A stretch of 52,736 nucleotides of DNA, from contig CAYTTP010000004.1 in NCBI GenBank assembly GCA_964440955.1, positions 1 to 52,736 on the forward strand, in the 5' to 3' direction. Positions 44,019 through 50,421 of this stretch are shown piece by piece (position 1 is the stretch's first letter; the number at the start of each line of letters is the position of its first letter). This stretch comes from an uncultured Candidatus Saccharibacteria bacterium (lineage in GTDB: Bacteria; Patescibacteriota; Minisyncoccia; Phycocordibacterales; WO2-35-19). The notes under the pieces were generated by a model. That model was not told the origin of the DNA. It made no database searches and saw nothing but the letters and a program-made list of their open reading frames with translations. A program made the translations under genes and the position numbers.

Positions 44019-47000
44019 TTAGAGTTGTTTTGCCTTCTCGGCAATCAGGGATTTTTCGCCATTACGGAGAGACACTTTGGCTTTGATCACAACGCACTGA
44101 TCTGGAGTAAAGACGTTTTTAAATTCTTCGAGGATTCGGGGGAAGACGACCACTTCAACCTCGTCAGTCATATCGGCAAACTTTACAAAGAGCATCTTTT
44201 CTCCGTTTTTAGTCAAAATTTCACGGATGTCAGTGAGGATACCGCCAAGGACCACCACTTCACCTTCTTTCGAATTTTCTTTTATCTTATGGATATTGGT
44301 TTCTCTCGATTCGAGCTTTTCCCTAAACCGATCAAGCGGATGACCGGAAACATACAAGCCCAAAAGCTCCTTTTCCCAAGCCAGCCTATCTTGAGCACTT
44401 ACTGGGGTTGAAGGGGAGAGAGTGAGGGGGGTGTGGCCAGTCGAAGAAACGAGGGAGAAGAGAGAATCCTGACTTTTGTTTGAAGCGATTTCCTTGTTGT
44501 ATTCGAGCAAGCGGTCCATATTGGCAAGCAAAAGTCCGCGCTCACCAAAAGCGTCCATTGCCCCTGATTTGATGAGGGCTTCAAGTGACTTTTTATTCAG
44601 ATTGCGGTCTTGCACTCGAGTCAAAAAATTTTCCATCGAAGTGTATGGTCCATTTTGCTTGCGCTCTTTGATGATCGACTCGGCGATACCTTCGCCAAAA
44701 TTTTTGATCGTTGTAAGCCCGAAGCGAATTTTGTTTATCCCCCGTAGCTCGACCGTAGGGAGATGCGAAGTGGGACTTTTTACCACACTAAAGCCGGCAA
44801 AACTTTCATTGATATCCGGTGGCAAAACCGGTATACCCATGCGTTTACATTCGACTATCGTCTCTGCCACCTTTTCGACATCACCCGAGTCGGCGGTGAG
44901 TACGGCCGACATGTATATTTCAGGGAAATTTGCCTTCATGTATGCAGTTTGGTAGGCGACCCGACCGTAGCTTGCGGCGTGCGCTTTGTTGAACCCATAC
45001 GCAGCAAAAGGCTCGATGAGACGCCACAATTCTTCGGCCAATTTTTTGGAAACTTTACCGTATTCTATAAAACCTTTTAACAATTTATCTTTTTCTGCTT
45101 TCATTACCTCCGGAATCTTTTTACCCATCGCTTTGCGAAGCTTATCGGCATCAAGCCAAGAGTAGCCACCAATCTTGATCGCGGTCAAAAGCACGTCGTC
45201 TTGGTACACAAGCAAGCCATTACTAAATTCCAAATACTCTTTCATGCGTGGATCAGCATAAGTCACAAGTTCTGGGTTGTGTTTACGTTCAATATATTGA
45301 GGTATTGTTTCCATCGGGCCCGGGCGATAAAGTGCCACCATCGCATTGATGTCGTGAATAGTCGAAGGTTGAAGGTCTTTGAGGAAGCGAGTCATACCTG
45401 AGCCGTTCAATTGGAAGAGGCCGATCGTCTCACCGCGCGCCAACATTTCAAAAGTCTTTTTATCATCAAGGGGGATGTGCTCAATATCAACATCAATATT
45501 GTCGATTGCCTTCACTCTTTTCACTGCGTCGGCCAGTATCGCCAAGTTTTTAATACCCAAAAAGTCAAATTTCAAAAGGCCAGCATCTTCGACAGCATGC
45601 ATGTCGTATTGAGTGATAAGCTGATCGCCTTCTTTGGTATCGCGCTGGAGAGGGACAAAGTCGGTCAAAGCGGTAGGGGCAATCACCACTCCGGCTGCGT
45701 GGACTGAAATGTGTCGCGCACAGCCTTCGATCTTCTTTGCCATGTCGATTATCTTTTTGACATCGTCATCTTTTTTGTAGAGTTCCAAAAGTTCGGGTAC
45801 TTCATTCATCGCTCGATCGATCGTCATGGGGAAGCCTTGTGCCCCCATCGGGATAAGTTTTGCAATCGTATCCCCCAAACCATAGGGGAAGCCGAGTGCT
45901 CGAGCTGTGTCACGCACACTACCGCGCGCCATCATCGTACCGAAAGTACCAATTTGAGCGACCTTATTTTCGCCGTACTTACTTTTAGCATAAGCGATCA
46001 TTTCATCGCGTCTATCGTCGGCATAGTCCATATCAATATCAGGCGCTGAAGGACGTTCGGGGTTTAGGAAACGTTCGAAGGGAAGTTTGTATTCGATCGG
46101 GTTTACATTGGTAATACCCACACAGTATGTAGTCAAAGAGCCCGCGACTGAACCTCGAATGGTAGTAAGTATCCCGTGCGAATGAGCATAGTGAAGCAGG
46201 TCAGCAACCACCAAAAAGTATGGCGAATAACCCTTGGTCTTGATCACTCCGAGCTCGTAGTCAAGCCTTGTTAGCACTTCTTCGCTTTTTTCAATTTTGC
46301 GTTTTTCGAGACCTTGGTAAGCAAGCTCTCGAAGCTCATCGTCGTAACTCCGACCAGATTCGACTTTGATGTCAGGGAAAACCCACTTGCCAAGCACAAG
46401 CTCTAGATTGCACATCTCGACTATTTTTTCGACATTAGCTAGCGCTTCCGGCATATCAGCAAACCTTTCCTGCATCTCCTCCGATGAAGGAAAGGAAAAA
46501 TCCTCCTCGTAGTCATTGAAGCTTCTTTCTTTTGGCTCGGCACCCTGCATCACAGCCTGCAAAGTCTCTTTCGCTTCTCGGTCGCCCTTTTCCAGATAAT
46601 AAATATCGGCACCGGCGACCACAGGTACACCTTGCTCTTGGGCAAAATCAAACATCATCTTCATGTGTTCGTTGTGACCGTCGATTTCTGGATGTTTGGT
46701 GATCTCCAAAAAGAAATTTTCTGCACCAAATATTTTTTTGTATCGAGATACAAGCTCGATCGCTCGTTCCAAATTGCGATTGCGCACCGAAAAAGAAATA
46801 TCGCTGGTATAAGAAGAAGCGATACACACCAACCCCTCCGAATATTTTTCGAGCAATTCAAAATCAACACGCGGTTTGTAATAAAAACCTTCGAGATGAG
46901 AGTCGGTCACCATCTTCAACAAGTTTTTATAACCAATTTCATTTTTGGCGAGCAAAACTAGTCGAAACCTATCCTTGTCGACACCGGCCTGTTTGTCGTG

Positions 47001-47222
47001 CCGAGTACGCGAAGCAAGATAAGCATCAACACCAATAATTGGCTTCAACCCCGCCCCCTTACACTCCTTATAAAACTCAATCGCGCCATACATATTACCG
47101 TTGTCAGTAAGAGCGAGTGCTTCCATACCACAACTTTTTGCTTTTTCGACCAATTCTGAAATCTTGGGTAGGGCTTGGAGAAGAGAGTAATGCGAGTGGG
47201 TATGGAGGTGGGCAAATTTCAT
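44019..47222 (-). CDS. dnaE: DNA polymerase III alpha subunit
   Basis: PHP start MKFAHLHTHSHYSLL, polymerase core, C-terminal OB region; 1067 aa, no intein-like insertion seen. Confidence 0.95.
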   Translation of the reverse strand: MKFAHLHTHSHYSLLQALPKISELVEKAKSCGMEALALTDNGNMYGAIEFYKECKGAGLKPIIGVDAYLASRTRHDKQAGVDKDRFRLVLLAKNEIGYKNLLKMVTDSHLEGFYYKPRVDFELLEKYSEGLVCIASSYTSDISFSVRNRNLERAIELVSRYKKIFGAENFFLEITKHPEIDGHNEHMKMMFDFAQEQGVPVVAGADIYYLEKGDREAKETLQAVMQGAEPKERSFNDYEEDFSFPSSEEMQERFADMPEALANVEKIVEMCNLELVLGKWVFPDIKVESGRSYDDELRELAYQGLEKRKIEKSEEVLTRLDYELGVIKTKGYSPYFLVVADLLHYAHSHGILTTIRGSVAGSLTTYCVGITNVNPIEYKLPFERFLNPERPSAPDIDMDYADDRRDEMIAYAKSKYGENKVAQIGTFGTMMARGSVRDTARALGFPYGLGDTIAKLIPMGAQGFPMTIDRAMNEVPELLELYKKDDDVKKIIDMAKKIEGCARHISVHAAGVVIAPTALTDFVPLQRDTKEGDQLITQYDMHAVEDAGLLKFDFLGIKNLAILADAVKRVKAIDNIDVDIEHIPLDDKKTFEMLARGETIGLFQLNGSGMTRFLKDLQPSTIHDINAMVALYRPGPMETIPQYIERKHNPELVTYADPRMKEYLEFSNGLLVYQDDVLLTAIKIGGYSWLDADKLRKAMGKKIPEVMKAEKDKLLKGFIEYGKVSKKLAEELWRLIEPFAAYGFNKAHAASYGRVAYQTAYMKANFPEIYMSAVLTADSGDVEKVAETIVECKRMGIPVLPPDINESFAGFSVVKSPTSHLPTVELRGINKIRFGLTTIKNFGEGIAESIIKERKQNGPYTSMENFLTRVQDRNLNKKSLEALIKSGAMDAFGERGLLLANMDRLLEYNKEIASNKSQDSLFSLVSSTGHTPLTLSPSTPVSAQDRLAWEKELLGLYVSGHPLDRFREKLESRETNIHKIKENSKEGEVVVLGGILTDIREILTKNGEKMLFVKFADMTDEVEVVVFPRILEEFKNVFTPDQCVVIKAKVSLRNGEKSLIAEKAKQL

Positions 47223-47229
47223 AGAAGGA

Positions 47230-47238
47230 ATGATAGCA
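47230..47238 (-). promoter_or_regulatory. Extended -10 box TGcTATCAT, 7 nt before the dnaE ATG (candidate leaderless promoter)
   Basis: Minus strand TGCTATCAT-TCCTTCT-ATG. Confidence 0.5.
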
Positions 47239-47252
47239 TATTAAGAAAGACC

Positions 47253-47291
47253 TCACCCCCTAACCCCCTCTCCTAGAATTAGGAGAGGGGG
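47253..47291 (+). repeat. C-rich palindromic repeat element
   Basis: TCACCCCCTAACCCCCTCTCCTAGAATTAGGAGAGGGGG (11-bp stem). Confidence 0.75.
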
Positions 47292-47385
47292 AACCAAACA
47301 AAAACAACAAAATGAAAAAGTAGTGCTGTAAAATGGCTCTACTAAAGCATACTTTAGGATATTGACAAACAAAATTAAAAATTGC

Positions 47386-47413
47386 TTGACATATTTTGCG
47401 GATGTGCTATACT
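47386..47413 (+). promoter_or_regulatory. Near-consensus promoter TTGACA-N16-(TGc)TATACT
   Basis: TTGACAtattttgcggatgTGcTATACT read directly. Confidence 0.6.
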
Positions 47414-47419
47414 TCTCTA

Positions 47420-47716
47420 TCAGAAGGAGGAACCAAGCATGCCACCCAACAAGGGTCATTGTAAGGTCCACATTGAAGTTGAATCCCATATGTTGTCCGC
47501 AAGCGGCGCCGGTCGTCAGCCGGGCGTGTCCGCGGAATTTGTTGCCGGCATGTGCGAACGCTCGCACACCGGGCGCCATACGGCGACCGGCTAACCGGCG
47601 GACGCGCCTCCATCGCAAGATGGGGCGCGCCCAAGACAGTTGTTTTTAGTTCGCCGGCGGCGGATATGAACCCCGCCCGGCACCCAGGCCCGACGCACAA
47701 GTGTGCGCCGGGCCTT
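47420..47716 (+). ncRNA. Unassigned G+C-rich structured element (candidate ncRNA and/or 51-codon small-ORF cassette)
   Basis: Bounded by a promoter and a terminator. Helices seen by eye: 47505-47512/47569-47577, 47551-47568, 47587-47598, GCAA-looped 47603-47629, 47653-47681. AGGAGG (47425-47430) lies 8 nt before ATG 47439; that ORF ends at 47594. Confidence 0.4.
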
Positions 47717-47720
47717 GATA
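47687..47720 (+). terminator. Hairpin GGCCCGACGCAC-AAGT-GTGCGCCGGGCC followed by a T-rich stretch
   Basis: 12-bp stem with one mismatch, then TTGATATTTTA. Confidence 0.6.
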
Positions 47721-47737
47721 TTTTATATACTTCGAAA

Positions 47738-48328
47738 ATGAAAACAATTATTGGCATCGACGAAGCGGGTAGGGGGCCACTTGCTGGACCTGTCACTGTC
47801 GGAGCTTTCACAGGGAATGAAAAAGTAGGCAAATGGATAATAAAAAATATTTTTGATAACAAACTCCGTGACTCCAAAAAACTAAGTGAAAAGAAAAGGG
47901 AAGAGATTTATAAAAAATTGTTAAATTTAAAAAAGGAAGGAAAGGTTGATTTTAAAGTCGTCCACATTTCAAATAAAATAATTGATTCAAAAGGGATTTC
48001 GAAAGCAGTAGAGGCAGGGATTAAAAAAAGTATATCCCCCCTAGCCCCCCTTATATTAAGGGGGGAAGTCAGACTCGATGGTCTACTCAAAGCCCCTTCA
48101 CAATTTAAAAATCAAAAAACAATAATTAAGGGTGACGAAAAAGATGTATTTATTGCTTGTGCTTCCATTGTCGCCAAAGTGGCTCGCGACCGACTAATGG
48201 CAAGTCTTGCTAAAAAATACCCCCAATACCACTTTGAAGGGCACAAAGGCTATGGCACCAAGCAACACCTAGCATTGATTAAGAAGTTTGGGGTTTCAAA
48301 TTTACACCGAAAAACATTTTGCAAATAA
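47738..48328 (+). CDS. rnhB: Ribonuclease HII
   Basis: MKTIIGIDEAGRGPLAGPV, DSKKLSEKKRE, IIKGDEK...ASIVAKVARD, HKGYGTKQH; TATACT 6 nt upstream of the ATG; the longer upstream ORF is rejected. Confidence 0.9.
   Translation: MKTIIGIDEAGRGPLAGPVTVGAFTGNEKVGKWIIKNIFDNKLRDSKKLSEKKREEIYKKLLNLKKEGKVDFKVVHISNKIIDSKGISKAVEAGIKKSISPLAPLILRGEVRLDGLLKAPSQFKNQKTIIKGDEKDVFIACASIVAKVARDRLMASLAKKYPQYHFEGHKGYGTKQHLALIKKFGVSNLHRKTFCK
48032..48066 (+). repeat. C-rich palindromic repeat element lying in frame inside rnhB
   Basis: ATATCCCCCCTAGCCCCCCTTATATTAAGGGGGGAA, translated ISPLAPLILRGE; the intergenic 32108 copy reads [12 protein letters not shown] in the same relative frame. Confidence 0.75.
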
Positions 48329-48428
48329 TCCCTCCCCAAGGCAGGAGTCCAAAAAGCACTCTCCTTTGGGGATTGTTTGGGAGAAGCCTGTATTGATTTT
48401 ATTTTCAAAGTATATTAATATCTCCCTT

Positions 48429-48644
48429 ATGGTAGTCAGGATGCGTCACACAAGAAGTCAAAGGGGAAATACAAGAAGTCACCATGCTCTAAAGGTGGCT
48501 CCGGTTTTGCTTTGCAAAGAGTGTGGTAGCCCAAAGGCAGCACACGTAGTTTGTAGTGTTTGCGGTAAATACAAAGGCAAACAAGTATTGAATGTTCACT
48601 CAAAAATAACTAAGAAAGAGAAGAAGGCGAAAGCTGGGAAGTAA
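48429..48644 (+). CDS. rpmF: Ribosomal protein bL32
   Basis: MRHTRSQRGNTRSHHAL...CKECGSPKAAHVVCSVCGKYKG; start ATG 48429 or 48441. Confidence 0.85.
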   Translation: MVVRMRHTRSQRGNTRSHHALKVAPVLLCKECGSPKAAHVVCSVCGKYKGKQVLNVHSKITKKEKKAKAGK

Positions 48645-48645
48645 G

Positions 48646-48737
48646 AAGTATGAGTTATGAATTAAGAATTATGGACACGCACATGTGTGTTTGATACAAT
48701 TCTTACCATAACTCATGATTCTTGATTCATAATTCAT
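48646..48737. repeat. Long AT-rich imperfect palindrome built from ATGAAT/ATTCAT units
   Basis: ATGAGTTATG ... CATAACTCAT plus TAAGAATT/AATTCTTA arms around ACACGCACATGTGTGT. Confidence 0.6.
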
Positions 48738-48748
48738 TTTAGTTCTTT

Positions 48749-49618
48749 ATGGCCAACAGGCACCTTGCAAGACAAACAGTTCTCCAAGCCCTCTACGAGT
48801 GGGATTTTGGTGGCAAAAAAAGCAACCCCGAAGAGGTCCTTACGCGAGACCGAGCCGAATTTGCGCCCGGATTTAATAGCGACCACTTCATGCAAAACCT
48901 ACTTAAGGGAGTCATTGGTAAGCAAAAAGACTTGGATGACATTATCGTGAAAGCCGCTCCTGATTGGCCAATCGAAAAAATAAGCGTGATGGACCGCAAC
49001 ATCCTACGTATCGGTCTTTACGAACTTATCTTTTCTGATAGGGAGCAGGTACCGCCAAAAGTCGCCATCAACGAAGCGATTGAACTTGCGAAAAAATTTG
49101 GTGGAGAAACAAGTAGCAAATTTGTAAACGGAGTGCTTGGTGCGGTCTATAAAGAGATGGGCGAGCCCGGCAAAGATGACAAAAAAGCTCCGCAAAAACC
49201 AGTCCCTCTCGAAGCACTCGCCGGAGCCGTCATTTATGCAAAAAGGGGCGATGATATTTTTCTCTGTCTAGTGCACGACGTTTTTGGCCACTGGACTTTG
49301 TCAAAGGGACATATTGACGCAAATAATAATATCGCTGATGAACTAAAAAAGGCGATTGTCGAAGAAGTCGGCCTATCAATCGAAGTCAAAGATCATTTGG
49401 GCCATACAGAATACGGCACTTATGACCCCGAAAAAGGCAAAATAAAAAAACGGGTCGAATATTATCTGGCAGAAACCGAATACGGCGATGTAGAACTAAA
49501 AAAGACTGGTGGCCTCGACGATGTAAAATGGTTTCGTATGGCCGATATACTTGACCTTAATTTTTATGATGATATCCTCCCTATCGTTACCAAAGCAATT
49601 AACTTATTAGTTCAATAA
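48749..49618 (+). CDS. nusB: NusB antitermination factor fused to a C-terminal Nudix-like domain
   Basis: N-terminal ARQTVLQALYEW...ILRIGLYELIF...PPKVAINEAIELAKKFG; C-terminal half has the degenerate Nudix box GHIDANNNIADELKKAIVEEVGL. Confidence 0.7.
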   Translation: MANRHLARQTVLQALYEWDFGGKKSNPEEVLTRDRAEFAPGFNSDHFMQNLLKGVIGKQKDLDDIIVKAAPDWPIEKISVMDRNILRIGLYELIFSDREQVPPKVAINEAIELAKKFGGETSSKFVNGVLGAVYKEMGEPGKDDKKAPQKPVPLEALAGAVIYAKRGDDIFLCLVHDVFGHWTLSKGHIDANNNIADELKKAIVEEVGLSIEVKDHLGHTEYGTYDPEKGKIKKRVEYYLAETEYGDVELKKTGGLDDVKWFRMADILDLNFYDDILPIVTKAINLLVQ

Positions 49619-49706
49619 CTCGACGCCAATGTACAAATGGATGCGAATAACACGAATGTTTGGATTCGTAGATTCGTGTGAATTTGTGGATTAGTGTCGC
49701 ATTACT

Positions 49707-50399
49707 ATGAAGGATCTATCTGAATTTGAAAAAACTATAGGTGTTGATTTTAAAAATAAAGACATCTTGCGGCAAGCCTTAACTCACCGCTCTTTTTTGA
49801 ACGAACATCGAGGTTCAAAAGCCGAACACAACGAACGTCTTGAGTTTTTGGGTGATGCTGTTTTGGAGCTTGCTGTGACCAAATTTCTCTTTGATCAATA
49901 TCCCGAAAAAAATGAAGGTGACCTCACTTCCATAAGAAGCGCTTTGGTAAACGCAACAACTTGCGCCAAAATCGCCCAAGAAATTGGAGTAAACGGATTT
50001 TTACTTCTCTCGAAGGGTGAGAGCAAAGACATAGGTCGAGCCCGCAATTATATTTTGGCAAACGCCCTTGAAGCCATTATTGGGGCTATCTATGTAGACC
50101 AAGGTTTTGAAGTGGCCGACGGATTTATCGGGAAATACATCACTCCACTCTCCGAAAAGATTATCCAAGAGGAGCTTTGGATAGACGCCAAGAGTAAATT
50201 TCAAGAAAAAGCCCAAGACGTGACCGGCATCACACCCTCATATAAAACACTCAAAGAAATTGGTCCCGATCACGAAAAAAAGTTTACCGTCGGAGTATTT
50301 TTGGGAAATGAAATGACGGCTGAAGGTGAGGGCGACTCAAAACAAGACGCCGAACAGGCGGCGGCACGCAATGCCCTCAAAGAAAAAGGGTGGAACTAG
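49707..50399 (+). CDS. rnc: Ribonuclease III
   Basis: NERLEFLGDAVLEL signature plus C-terminal dsRBD (GPDHEKKFTV...SKQDAEQAAA). Confidence 0.92.
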   Translation: MKDLSEFEKTIGVDFKNKDILRQALTHRSFLNEHRGSKAEHNERLEFLGDAVLELAVTKFLFDQYPEKNEGDLTSIRSALVNATTCAKIAQEIGVNGFLLLSKGESKDIGRARNYILANALEAIIGAIYVDQGFEVADGFIGKYITPLSEKIIQEELWIDAKSKFQEKAQDVTGITPSYKTLKEIGPDHEKKFTVGVFLGNEMTAEGEGDSKQDAEQAAARNALKEKGWN

Positions 50400-50406
50400 A
50401 TTTTTA

Positions 50407-50415
50407 TGTTAAAAT
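50407..50415 (+). promoter_or_regulatory. Extended -10 box TGtTAAAAT, 6 nt before the smc ATG (candidate leaderless promoter)
   Basis: TGTTAAAAT-ATTTCA-ATG. Confidence 0.55.
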
Positions 50416-50421
50416 ATTTCA

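Noticed and set aside
5427-46961. Numerous 60-160-aa ORFs antisense to or nested in ftsZ, ftsA, rpsA, nrdA, gap, tkt, prfA, tsf, gyrB, thrS, dnaE and smc
   Set aside because: Each is fully contained within a well-supported conserved gene on the other strand or in another frame, and none has independent signals.
15135-47222. Inteins or homing endonucleases in nrdA, gyrB or dnaE
   Set aside because: The proteins read continuously through their conserved motifs. The extra length is low-complexity linker sequence, not intein blocks.
47420-47716. Assigning the G+C-rich element to RNase P RNA, tmRNA, SRP RNA or a known riboswitch
   Set aside because: There are loose resemblances (AGCCGGGC / CCGGCTAA versus P4 strands; AACCCCGCCCGGCA versus the P15 region). 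However, the would-be P4 strands are only ~70 nt apart, and there is no GAGGAAAGUCC, no T-arm/acceptor and no SRP GGAA/AGCA motif. This needs a covariance-model search, not an eyeball call.
47253-47877. Long ORFs on both strands across the G+C-rich segment (47253-47618 -, 47362-47649 +, 47407-47877 -, and the 62-codon N-terminal extension of rnhB from 47552)
   Set aside because: Several frames on both strands are open at once, as expected for GC-rich non-coding DNA. The frames run through hairpins and a terminator, and rnhB has a conserved start (MKTIIGIDEAGRGPL) at 47738.
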